The notes below the pieces were generated by a model. It was given only the letters and a program-made list of their open reading frames with translations. It did no database searches and was not told where the DNA came from. The position numbers and the translations under genes are program-made. From Candidatus Limnocylindria bacterium (GTDB lineage: Bacteria > Chloroflexota > Limnocylindria > P2-11E), in the NCBI GenBank assembly GCA_041486085.1, contig JBGPKU010000004.1, positions 3,231 to 67,230 on the forward strand: DNA of 64,000 nucleotides, written 5' to 3'. Positions 35,765-44,677 of this stretch are shown here, piece after piece (within the stretch, counting starts at the first letter, position 1; each line of letters starts with the position of its first letter).

Positions 35765-38059
35765 TCACGCCATGGCTCCGGCGATGGCCAGCGCCTCGAG
35801 GACACGCGCGCGGGTCATCGGCGCGTGCCGCACGCGGGCGCCGGTCGCGTTCGCGACCGCGTTGGCGACCGCGGCCGCGGTCGGGATGATCGGTGGCTCG
35901 CCGAGGCCCTTCGCGCCGAGGTTGTTCGCCTTGCGGTCCGGCGTATCGACGAATCGCACGACGATCTCCGGCGCGTCCATCGCCGTGGGGATCTCGTACC
36001 ACTCGAGGTTCGCGTTCATCACGCGGCCCAGGCCGCGGTCGACGATGCGCTCCTCGGTCAGGGCGAAACCGAGCGCCTGCATCACGCCGCCCTGCACCTG
36101 ACTCGCGGCCGTGAGCGGGTTGACGATGCGCCCGATGTCGTGCACCGCGACGATCTTCTCGACGAAGATCTCGCCGGTCCGCACGTCGACCTCGACCTGC
36201 GCGAAGTGCGCGCCGAACGTCTTTATCGCGAGGCCCGTCGGATTCGGATGGCGCAGGCCGGTGCCGACGATGGTGCTGTTCGAGAGCTTCGAGAGGATCT
36301 CCCGCAGCGGCGTGCGGGCACCCTTGCTCACGACGACGCCGCGCTCCAAGCGCAGCTCGTCCGCGCGCACTTCGAGCACCCCGCCCGCGGCGGCGAGCAG
36401 CTTCGCGCGCGCCTCGTTCGCGGCGAGGCGCACGGCCGGGCCGATGGACGCGAGCGTCACGGATCCGCCCGAGCCCGGCCCGTACGGCGCATCGGTGTCG
36501 CCGATACGAACGGTCACCTGGTCGAGGGTGAGGCCGATCTCATCGGCGCAGATCTGTGCGACCGCGGTGCGCGTCCCGGTGCCGATGTCCTGCACGCCGA
36601 CGCGGAGAACCGCGGTGCCGTCCGTTTCGAAGTGCACGTCGGCGTACGCCGGCGGCCCGCCGCCACCACCCCAGATCTGTGTCGCCATGCCGAGCCCCCG
36701 GCGGCGATGCGGCGCGGACCCGCGCATGCCTGCGGCCTTGCGCTTGCTCCAGCCGATCTCCTTCGCCCCGATGGCGTAGCAGTCCATGAGGCGCTTCAGC
36801 GTGTAGCGGTTGCCGGTGCGCGGATCGATCGCGCTCCGGGCATGTCGGCGGCGCAGCGTGAGCGGGTCGACGTTCATCGCTGCGGCGAGCTCGTCCACCG
36901 CCGACTCGAGCGCGAACGTGCCCTCGACGTAGCCCGGTGCGCGGAACGCCGACAGGGCGCCGGCGTTGGTCATCACCCGGTGCGCCGTGCTCGCGATGTT
37001 CGCGATGTCGTAGAGCGTGTTGGTGGGTCCCGTGGGATTCGCGGCCCAGCGGCCCTGGCCCGAGTTCGACCAGGACTCGTGCTCGAGCGCGACGATCCGG
37101 CCGTCCTTGCCACCGAGACGCAGGTGCTGCAGCGTCGCCGACCGGTTGCCCGCGGCGAGATTCTCCTCGCGCCGCGAGAGGATGCACCGCACCGGACGGC
37201 CAAGGCGCATGGAGAAGAGCGAGGCGTACAGCGAGTACTTGTACGTGCCCAGCTTCGCGCCGAAGCCGCCGCCCATGTACTCGCAGATGACGTGGACTTT
37301 CGCGGGGTCCATCTTCAGCGCGTTCTTGATCATGTTGCGGACTTCGAAGATGCCCTGCGTTGACTCCCAGACCGTGAGTCGATCACCATCCCACGACGCG
37401 ACCGCGCCATGCGTCTCGAGCGCGTTGTGCATCTGTGTGGAGGTGCGGTAGGTCGCCTCGACCGTGACCACGGCGTCCTTGAAACCCTTGCGCGCGTCCC
37501 CGCGCTTGTACGAGCCGGCGTCGAACACGTTCCCCTCCGGGGTCAGCTTCGGCGCCTTGTCTCGGATGGCTTCTTCGAGATCGACGACGTGCGGCAGGAT
37601 CTCGTAGTCCACCGCGATGAGTCCGAGAGCGACGCGCGCGATGTCTTCGTCGTCGGCGACGACCGCGGCAACATCGTCTCCGACGAAACGGACCTCTTCG
37701 CGGAAGATCGTCTTCTCGCTGCGGAACTCGATCTCCGGCACGTTGAATCGATGCAGGATGCCGCGCACACCGGGCAGCGCCTCGGCCTTCTTCGTGTCGA
37801 TCGCGCGCACGCGTGCGCGGGGGTAAGGGCTGCGGAGGATGAGCGCGTGCAGCATGCCCGGCAGGATCACGTCCTGCGTGTACCGCGCGGTGCCGCTCAC
37901 GCGGCTGCGGCCGTCCACCCGTGGCCGCGCGCGGCCGATCTCGCTCGAATCGGCGCCGTCCTTCGGCGCGGGAAGGTCGTTGCCCTCGACGATGACGGTC
38001 GATGTGTAGATCTCGCCCTCGAACTCATCCTTGCTCACCAGGACGCGCAGACCCGGCAT
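35765..38059 (-). CDS. Molybdopterin-binding subunit, xanthine dehydrogenase family, cluster 3
   Basis: Start moved to MPGLRV, whose ATG overlaps the stop of the upstream [2Fe-2S] gene (ATGA); about 764 aa. The listed Arg-rich N-terminus is an artefact. Confidence 0.9.
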   Translation of the reverse strand: MPGLRVLVSKDEFEGEIYTSTVIVEGNDLPAPKDGADSSEIGRARPRVDGRSRVSGTARYTQDVILPGMLHALILRSPYPRARVRAIDTKKAEALPGVRGILHRFNVPEIEFRSEKTIFREEVRFVGDDVAAVVADDEDIARVALGLIAVDYEILPHVVDLEEAIRDKAPKLTPEGNVFDAGSYKRGDARKGFKDAVVTVEATYRTSTQMHNALETHGAVASWDGDRLTVWESTQGIFEVRNMIKNALKMDPAKVHVICEYMGGGFGAKLGTYKYSLYASLFSMRLGRPVRCILSRREENLAAGNRSATLQHLRLGGKDGRIVALEHESWSNSGQGRWAANPTGPTNTLYDIANIASTAHRVMTNAGALSAFRAPGYVEGTFALESAVDELAAAMNVDPLTLRRRHARSAIDPRTGNRYTLKRLMDCYAIGAKEIGWSKRKAAGMRGSAPHRRRGLGMATQIWGGGGGPPAYADVHFETDGTAVLRVGVQDIGTGTRTAVAQICADEIGLTLDQVTVRIGDTDAPYGPGSGGSVTLASIGPAVRLAANEARAKLLAAAGGVLEVRADELRLERGVVVSKGARTPLREILSKLSNSTIVGTGLRHPNPTGLAIKTFGAHFAQVEVDVRTGEIFVEKIVAVHDIGRIVNPLTAASQVQGGVMQALGFALTEERIVDRGLGRVMNANLEWYEIPTAMDAPEIVVRFVDTPDRKANNLGAKGLGEPPIIPTAAAVANAVANATGARVRHAPMTRARVLEALAIAGAMA

Positions 38060-38541
38060 CAGGATTTCTTCGCCGCGGCGACGCCGGCGGCGACGATGTT
38101 GTTGTACGCGCCGCACCGGCAGAGATTGCCGGCGACGGCTCGGCGCACGTCGTCTTCACGCGCCGCGGGATTCGCGCGCAGCAATGCGACGACGGACATC
38201 ACCTGGCCCGGCGTACAGAAGCCGCACTGGTACGCATCGTGGTCGATGAACGCCTGCTGGACCACGTGGAGCTTCCCATCGCGCGACAATCCCTCGATCG
38301 TCTCGACGGTCCGGCCCTCGCAGGCGATCGCCAGCGTCAGGCAGGAGTAGACCGGACGGCCATCGACGATGACCGTGCACGCGCCGCAGTCTCCTTCGTT
38401 GCACACCTTCTTCGTGCCGGTGAGCCCAAGCGACTCACGGACAGTGTCGAGGAGCGAGCGATGCGGAGGGACATGCACCGTGACGTCCTGTCCGTTCACG
38501 TTGAGGGAGATATCGAGCGCGCCCGGCCCGCGGAATTGCAT
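38059..38541 (-). CDS. (2Fe-2S)-binding subunit, xanthine dehydrogenase family, cluster 3
   Basis: Start taken at MQFRGPG (may extend to 38676); CNEGDCGACTV plus CGFCTPG...CRCGAY. Confidence 0.85.
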   Translation of the reverse strand: MQFRGPGALDISLNVNGQDVTVHVPPHRSLLDTVRESLGLTGTKKVCNEGDCGACTVIVDGRPVYSCLTLAIACEGRTVETIEGLSRDGKLHVVQQAFIDHDAYQCGFCTPGQVMSVVALLRANPAAREDDVRRAVAGNLCRCGAYNNIVAAGVAAAKKS

Positions 38542-38757
38542 CTCCGACCCATCGTATCGAGGCGGGCGCTCCGATGAATTGGGCAGGGGCGACGACGCTG
38601 GGACACCGCGAGGCGTTCGCCCCGGGCACGCGCTGGCGTGCTCTTGTGTCGCGAACGGCACAGAAGGAACGTGCAACGTGCCCGTGGCGCCGCGCGGGCA
38701 TCACCGCAAGCCGCCGTATGCTCGCGTCCGACAGCGGCGGGGAGGATCCACATCGGT

Positions 38758-39633
38758 ATGGCCATCCAGAAGGTCGGCATCGTCGGCTTCGGGCAGATGG
38801 GCTCGGGCATCGCGCAGGTCTGCGCCATGGCCGGCTTCGACGTTCTCGCGCGCGAGATCGATCAGAAGTTCATCGACAACGGCCTCGGGCGCATCGACGG
38901 ATCCCTCGCCCGCGTGGTCAAGTCCGGAAAGGTGACGCAGGACGACGCAAGGGCCGCACGCAGCCGCATCCGCGGGACGACGTCGCTCGCGGACTTCGCC
39001 GATCGCGATCTGGTCATCGAGGCGGTCATCGAGGTGATCGACGCGAAGAAGGAAGTCTTCGGCGAGCTGGACCGCGTCTGCCCCGCGTCGACGATCTTCG
39101 CGTCCAACACGTCGAGCCTGACGATCATCGAGATCGCGAGCGCCACGAAGCGCGCGGACCGTTTCGCGGGTCTGCATTTCTTCAACCCGCCGGTGGTCAT
39201 GCAGCTCGTCGAGATCGTGCGCGCGCTCACGACGAGCGACGCCACGGTCCAGGCGCTGCGCGAGTTCGTGATCAAGCTGGGCCACCAGCCAGCGGTCTGC
39301 AAGGACACACCCGGCTTCATCGTGAACCGCCTGATGATCCCGCTCATGCTCGAGGCGGTCCGGGCGCTCGAGGCGGGCGTCGCCTCCGTCGAGGACATCG
39401 ACAAGGCCGTCAAGCTCGGTCTGCGTCATCCGATGGGACCGTTCGAGCTCATCGATTACACCGGGGTCGACATCAACTATCACGTGGCCAACGTCTTCTT
39501 CGAGGAGTTCAAGGATCCGAGGTGGGCGCCGCCGGCGCTGCTCAAGCGCATGTACCTCGCGGGACAACTGGGAGTGAAGACAGGCCAGGGCTTCTACGAG
39601 TACGACGAGCAAGGGAAGAAGAAGACGCAATAG
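38758..39633 (+). CDS. 3-hydroxyacyl-CoA / 3-hydroxybutyryl-CoA dehydrogenase (NAD-binding)
   Basis: IVGFGQMGSGIA Rossmann motif and C-terminal 3HCDH domain; ATG preceded by GGGGAGGA. Confidence 0.9.
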   Translation: MAIQKVGIVGFGQMGSGIAQVCAMAGFDVLAREIDQKFIDNGLGRIDGSLARVVKSGKVTQDDARAARSRIRGTTSLADFADRDLVIEAVIEVIDAKKEVFGELDRVCPASTIFASNTSSLTIIEIASATKRADRFAGLHFFNPPVVMQLVEIVRALTTSDATVQALREFVIKLGHQPAVCKDTPGFIVNRLMIPLMLEAVRALEAGVASVEDIDKAVKLGLRHPMGPFELIDYTGVDINYHVANVFFEEFKDPRWAPPALLKRMYLAGQLGVKTGQGFYEYDEQGKKKTQ

Positions 39634-39713
39634 ACAGCCCCGAGGCGATCCGCACCGATACGACGAAGGCGGCGATCTGGGGCGCGGTCGCGGGGCTCGC
39701 GCAGTTCGGTGCG

Positions 39714-40151
39714 GTGGCCTTCGGCAAGGGTTTCTTCCCTGACTGGTACTTCCTCCTGATCGCGCTCGGCTACGGACTCCTTCTGCCCGTGCTCGCCGCG
39801 CTCCACGTCCGGCAGAGCGCCGTACGGCAGAGCGGAGCCGTGCTCGCGACGAGCGCCGGCACGGCGACCATCACGGTCGGCATCGCCGCCTCCGTGAACA
39901 CGGATCTCGTGGTGGCCGCGCTCCTCGTGCGCGGGATCTGGTGGTGGACGACCGGGAAGATGTGGGCCGAGACCGGGGTCGTCCCGCGCTGGCTCGGATT
40001 CCCAACGATGCTGCTCGCCGTCCTGACGATCGTCGCAGCGGTCGCGTCTGCCCCGCTGAACATGCAGAGTCAGACGCTGTGGACGGCCGAGCGCATCGTG
40101 CTTGGCGCGTGGACGCTCGCTCTGGCGTTCGCGCTGTGGCGCACGCGCTGA
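39714..40151 (+). CDS. Hypothetical membrane protein
   Basis: About 145 aa with 4 TM helices; GTG start is a guess (no ATG in frame). Confidence 0.4.
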   Translation: MAFGKGFFPDWYFLLIALGYGLLLPVLAALHVRQSAVRQSGAVLATSAGTATITVGIAASVNTDLVVAALLVRGIWWWTTGKMWAETGVVPRWLGFPTMLLAVLTIVAAVASAPLNMQSQTLWTAERIVLGAWTLALAFALWRTR

Positions 40152-40194
40152 ACGATGGTCACCGCGGGGCCGATCGTTCGGTACCATCGACCCC

Positions 40195-41223
40195 GTGGCA
40201 GTGACCTCGAGCACACGGCACGGGGAGCTCGGTCTTTCGCTCGATGACCTGAAGAGCATGTACTGCTACATGCTCATGACGCGAATGGTCAGCGAGCGGA
40301 TCCTGCAGCTGAACCGGATGGGCCGCACCCCGTTCGGCGCCGGCACCGATGGTCACGAGGCGGCGCAGATCGGCGCCGCGTGGAACATCCGCCGCGGCAA
40401 GGACTGGACCGTTCCTTACTACCGCGACATGGGGGTCGCGTTCGTTCTCGGCGTCACGCCGCTCGAGGAATTCCGCATGGTCCTCGCGAAGGCGACGGAC
40501 GAGCACTCCGCGGGACGCCAGGTCCTGAACCAGTTCTCCAAGCCGCGCGATCGCATCGTGACGCGGTCGGTGTGCGTGGCGACGGAGTTCCCGCACGCCG
40601 TCGGCCTCGCGCTGGCGATCCGCAACCGGAAGGAAGAGAACATCGTCTTCGTGTTCGGCGGCGATGCCTCCACCAGCCCCGGCGACTTCCACGAGGCCGC
40701 GAACTTCGCGGCGGTGCACAAGCTACCGGTCGTGTTCGTCATCGAGAACAATCTGCTCGCGATCTCGACGCGGTTCGAGTGGCAGATGGCCGTTCGAAAC
40801 GTGGCCGACAAAGCCTCCGGCTACGGCATGCCAGGCTTCATCGCAGATGGGATGGACGTGCTCGATTCGTACGCGAAGACAAAGGAGGCGGTCGAGTTCA
40901 CGCGCGCCGGAGGCGGACCGACGCTCGTGGAGCTCAAGTGCTACCGCTATCAGCCGCACACATCCGATGACGACGACATGCGGTATCGCACGAAGGACGA
41001 AGTCCAGGAGTGGAAGGCGAAGGATCCGATGGACCGCGGGAAGCGGTACCTGCTCGAGGCCGGCGTGACCGAGAAGGAGATGGCCGACATGCGCGCGGGT
41101 CTGGATGCCGACATCGAAGCGGCGATCGCGCAGGCCGAGAGCGAACCGGACCCGCGCCCCGAGGACGCCATGCGCCACGTGTACGCGGAGGGTCAACCGG
41201 TGCCCGACGGCACGCGCGCCTAA
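40195..41223 (+). CDS. Thiamine-diphosphate-dependent 2-oxoacid dehydrogenase E1 component alpha subunit (orphan; no beta subunit gene adjacent)
   Basis: GDG-x24-NN TPP motif region (VFGGDASTSPGDFHEAANFAAVHKLPVVFVIENN); GTG start chosen to avoid overlap with the upstream gene. Confidence 0.75.
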   Translation: MAVTSSTRHGELGLSLDDLKSMYCYMLMTRMVSERILQLNRMGRTPFGAGTDGHEAAQIGAAWNIRRGKDWTVPYYRDMGVAFVLGVTPLEEFRMVLAKATDEHSAGRQVLNQFSKPRDRIVTRSVCVATEFPHAVGLALAIRNRKEENIVFVFGGDASTSPGDFHEAANFAAVHKLPVVFVIENNLLAISTRFEWQMAVRNVADKASGYGMPGFIADGMDVLDSYAKTKEAVEFTRAGGGPTLVELKCYRYQPHTSDDDDMRYRTKDEVQEWKAKDPMDRGKRYLLEAGVTEKEMADMRAGLDADIEAAIAQAESEPDPRPEDAMRHVYAEGQPVPDGTRA

Positions 41224-41229
41224 CCCTGC

Positions 41230-42363
41230 ATGCGCGTCCTCACGCTCCTTCTCGCGGTCGCCCTCGCTGCGTGCACGAACAACCCACAGGTGACGCTTCC
41301 GACACCCGTCCCGACGCGCGAGCCAGGAATCGTGAACGTGTCAGTGCTCCTCGACCTTTCGGGACCGCGCTCGCCGAGCGGCCAACCGCAGCGCGACGCC
41401 ATGCAGATCTGGATGGATCAACCGCGCACGAGCCTGATCAAGCTACGGGTGAGGTTCGTGGACGTGGCGGGGTCGGACGCGAAGCTCCTGCTCGAGCTCC
41501 GTCGCGCCGTCATCGATGATCGCGCCGATGCCATCATCATCGGCGCCGCGACGCCGCCTGGGGACACGTTGACGCAGGCGATCCAGGTCGCGTCCGTCCC
41601 GGTTCTGCTCACGCTGCCCGTGGCCGATCCAGCTTCGGGCATCGGCGGCCGCTTCACCTTCGCGCTTGCCCCGACACCCGCCGCGATCGCGCGCACGCTC
41701 GCGGACGACCTTATCGGGCGCGACCTGCTCGCTCCGATGCTGCTGGCCGGAGACGAATCTGCGGCAGCCGTCGTCGAGCGCTCGGCGCTTGTCGCCGAGC
41801 TGCAAAGGCGGTCCATCGTCGCGCCAAGCCCGGTCAGCCTCGCGATGCCCGGCAGCGCGCAACGCGTGCGCGATGCCGCGGCCGTCGCGAAGAGCGTCGT
41901 GATTTTCGGAGCGAGCGCGTCGTACGGCGACCTGATCCGCTCGATCCCGACCAACGCGACCGCGCTACGCGTGTACCTGTCGTACCTCACGGAGACCGCG
42001 GATGTCACCAATCTCCGCGAGCAGAGCACGTTGGTGACGTGGCCGGGCTCACGGTCGCTGCTGCCTGGCTTCGTCACGACACAGGACCAGCGCGCCTTCC
42101 TCCAGGAATTCCGCAATCGCCATGGCGCGCCGAGCACGCTCGCCGCCACCGCCTACGATGCGCTCGGCCTGATCGACGCCGCGGCGCGGCAGGCGCCGAC
42201 GGAGCTCGACGGCGCGCGTCTGCGGCTGCGACTGGAGACGGGGGCGTTCTTGGGAGTGGTGACTCGGTACAGCTTCACGCCTCAGCGCCACACCGGCTTC
42301 ACGGCGGATGATCTGCTCTATCTGCGCTGGGACGCCCAGCGAGACAGGCCGGCGCTGCCATGA
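41230..42363 (+). CDS. Lipoprotein, periplasmic binding protein type 1 (branched-chain amino acid / amide ABC substrate-binding-like)
   Basis: Signal plus lipobox LAACT; type 1 PBP fold sequence pattern. Confidence 0.65.
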   Translation: MRVLTLLLAVALAACTNNPQVTLPTPVPTREPGIVNVSVLLDLSGPRSPSGQPQRDAMQIWMDQPRTSLIKLRVRFVDVAGSDAKLLLELRRAVIDDRADAIIIGAATPPGDTLTQAIQVASVPVLLTLPVADPASGIGGRFTFALAPTPAAIARTLADDLIGRDLLAPMLLAGDESAAAVVERSALVAELQRRSIVAPSPVSLAMPGSAQRVRDAAAVAKSVVIFGASASYGDLIRSIPTNATALRVYLSYLTETADVTNLREQSTLVTWPGSRSLLPGFVTTQDQRAFLQEFRNRHGAPSTLAATAYDALGLIDAAARQAPTELDGARLRLRLETGAFLGVVTRYSFTPQRHTGFTADDLLYLRWDAQRDRPALP

Positions 42364-43568
42364 ACGACGCGCTCATCTACGACTGGAACCGCGATGGTCG
42401 CGCGGCGAAGGCCGACTACCGCGCGGTGGAGCTGGACGACGAGACGCTGCGCGACGGCCTTCAGGGGCCGAGCGTGCGCAACCCGCCGCTCGAGGTGAAG
42501 AAGCGGCTGCTCCATCTCATGGACCAGCTCGGCATCGAGAGCGCCGACATCGGTCTGCCTGGCTCGTCGTACCGCGCGCGCAGCGACATCGTCGCGCTGG
42601 CGAAGGAGACGACCAAGCTCAAACTGCTCAAACCGAACATGGCCCTGCGCACGCATGCGGCGGATGTAAAGGAGGCGATCGAGGCCGCGCAAGAGGCTGG
42701 TGTGGCGATCGAGGCGTGCGCCTTCATCGGCTCCTCGCCCATCCGCCGGTTCGCCGAGGACTGGGCCATCGACGACATGCTGCGCAGCGTGGACGAATCG
42801 GTCAGCGCGCTGGTGAAGGCCGGTCTGCCGGTCATGTTCGTCACCGAGGACACCACGCGCGCCGACGTTGACAGCCTGCTGAAGCTCTACGAGGCCGCGA
42901 TCGCGGCCGGCGCCGGACGGATCTGCGCGTCGGACACCGTTGGCCATGCCACGCCGGAGGGCGTGCGCAACCTGCTCACCTTCCTGAGGAAGGACGTGAT
43001 CAGAGGACGCGACGTCGCGCTCGACTACCACGGACACAACGATCGCGGCCTTGGGACGATCAACGCCCTCACGGCGACGGCGATCGCCGACCGCGTGCAT
43101 GGCTGCGCGCTCGGGATCGGCGAGCGCGTCGGCAACACCTCGATGGATCAGCTGCTCATCAACATGCAGCTCTGGGGTCTGGGCGACCGCGACCTGTCGG
43201 CGCTGGTGGAATACGTGTCGCTCGTATCGGAGCACTGCGGCATTCCGATCCCGACCAACTATCCGGCGCTCGGGTCCGACGCGTTCCGCACCGGCACCGG
43301 CGTGCACGCGGCGGCCGTGATCAAGGCACTGCGCATGGGCGATCGCGCGCTCGCCGATCGGGTCTACTCGGGCGTGCCGGCCTCCGTGCTCGGGCGCGAG
43401 CAGCGGATCGAGGTCGGCCCGATGTCCGGCAAGTCGAACGTGATCTTCTGGCTGGAGTCGCACGGCTTCGAGCCGACAGCGGAGCGCGTCGCGCGGATCT
43501 TCGATCGTGCGAAGGCGAGCGACCGGCTTCTCACGGCGGAGGAGCTCGAGACGCTCGCGCGCGCCTGA
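42360..43568 (+). CDS. 2-isopropylmalate synthase / homocitrate synthase family protein (LeuA-like, catalytic domain only; no C-terminal regulatory domain)
   Basis: ELDDETLRDGLQ ... HGHND...G pyruvate-carboxyltransferase (DRE-TIM) motifs; 402 aa. Confidence 0.85.
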   Translation: MNDALIYDWNRDGRAAKADYRAVELDDETLRDGLQGPSVRNPPLEVKKRLLHLMDQLGIESADIGLPGSSYRARSDIVALAKETTKLKLLKPNMALRTHAADVKEAIEAAQEAGVAIEACAFIGSSPIRRFAEDWAIDDMLRSVDESVSALVKAGLPVMFVTEDTTRADVDSLLKLYEAAIAAGAGRICASDTVGHATPEGVRNLLTFLRKDVIRGRDVALDYHGHNDRGLGTINALTATAIADRVHGCALGIGERVGNTSMDQLLINMQLWGLGDRDLSALVEYVSLVSEHCGIPIPTNYPALGSDAFRTGTGVHAAAVIKALRMGDRALADRVYSGVPASVLGREQRIEVGPMSGKSNVIFWLESHGFEPTAERVARIFDRAKASDRLLTAEELETLARA

Positions 43569-43593
43569 TGGCCCATCGCGAGAGCGCGCAGCG

Positions 43594-44259
43594 ATGAGGA
43601 TCGAGGACCTGTTTCCGCTGCACATGGCGGACGTCACCTATCCCGATGGCCACCCGCTCGCGGGGCAGACCGGTCCGGTCAACGCGTTCGCCGTGCGCCT
43701 CGCCGACGGACTGGTCCTCGTCGACACGGGCATCGGGACGGGCAACGCGTGGATCGACGAGCACTACCGGCCACAGGGTCGCGCGATCCGTGATGCGCTG
43801 CGCAGCGCGCAGCTCGATCCGGACGCGGTGCGCCTGGTCATAAACACGCACCTGCACTTCGATCACTCAGGGCAGAACTCGGCCTTCCCCGGCGTGCCCA
43901 TCGTCGTGCAGCAGGCCGAGTGGGACGTCGCGTGGCACGACGGATTTACGGTGACGGAGTGGCTCGATTTCGCAGAGGCGCGCTACGAGCGGATCAGCGG
44001 CGATGTCGAGGTCGCTCCAGGCGTGCGCGCGCTTGCGACGCCCGGGCACACACCCGGCCATCAGTCGGTGACCATCGAGACGGAAGATGGCCTCGTCCTC
44101 ATCGTCGGTCAGGCCGCCCAGGACGCGCGCGCGTTCGCGACCGGCGAGGCGGACGAGTCCATCCGGCGCCTGCGCGCGCTGAACGCGGAGCGTATCCACT
44201 TCTCGCACGAGCGCGGGACGTTGAAGCGGAAGCCCGTTGCGCCCGCGGTGAAGAATTAG
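43594..44259 (+). CDS. MBL-fold metallo-hydrolase (lactonase-like)
   Basis: HLHFDH zinc motif, ...TPGHTPGH. Confidence 0.8.
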   Translation: MRIEDLFPLHMADVTYPDGHPLAGQTGPVNAFAVRLADGLVLVDTGIGTGNAWIDEHYRPQGRAIRDALRSAQLDPDAVRLVINTHLHFDHSGQNSAFPGVPIVVQQAEWDVAWHDGFTVTEWLDFAEARYERISGDVEVAPGVRALATPGHTPGHQSVTIETEDGLVLIVGQAAQDARAFATGEADESIRRLRALNAERIHFSHERGTLKRKPVAPAVKN

Positions 44260-44621
44260 CGCGAAGCGGGCGTCGCCCAGGCCGGCTTCCCGAACCATTC
44301 GAGAAGCACCCGGTCGAGAACGAAGATCACGAACAGAAGCACGCCCCACGGCCACAGCCCGATGGCGGCGAGCGCACCGGTGCCGAGCAGGAATAGCGCG
44401 GACTCGAGCAGCAGGCGCGTGTTCCCCAAAAGACGGCGTGGGGCCATGGGCGCGACGAAGAGTGCCCACATCGCGATGAGCATGGCCGGGAGCCCGATGC
44501 CCAGGATCACGCCGGCGATCCCCGGGAAGGTGAAGCCGAACGACCAGTACGCCGCGACGAGACACAGCTCCAGAAGGAATCGCAGGACCGCAAGCAGCGA
44601 CTGGATGACGGCCACGCGCAA
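44256..44621 (-). CDS. Small integral membrane protein
   Basis: 121 aa, 3-4 TM helices. Confidence 0.4.
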   Translation of the reverse strand: MRVAVIQSLLAVLRFLLELCLVAAYWSFGFTFPGIAGVILGIGLPAMLIAMWALFVAPMAPRRLLGNTRLLLESALFLLGTGALAAIGLWPWGVLLFVIFVLDRVLLEWFGKPAWATPASR

Positions 44622-44677
44622 AGCCTAGCCCCGCCGCGCGCAGGAACGACGCTGGCCGCGCATGACAAGATGAGGGT

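Noticed and set aside
35738-35767. The TGA stop of the cluster 3 Moco subunit is in frame with the FAD subunit start 9 codons later.
   Set aside because: The C-terminus ...ALAIAGAMA is a normal end for XDH large subunits; there is no SECIS-like structure and no redox motif, so this is coincidental framing.
41221-41232. The E1-alpha gene and the downstream binding-protein gene are in the same frame, 2 codons apart.
   Set aside because: The stop is TAA, not TGA, and the downstream gene has its own lipoprotein signal.
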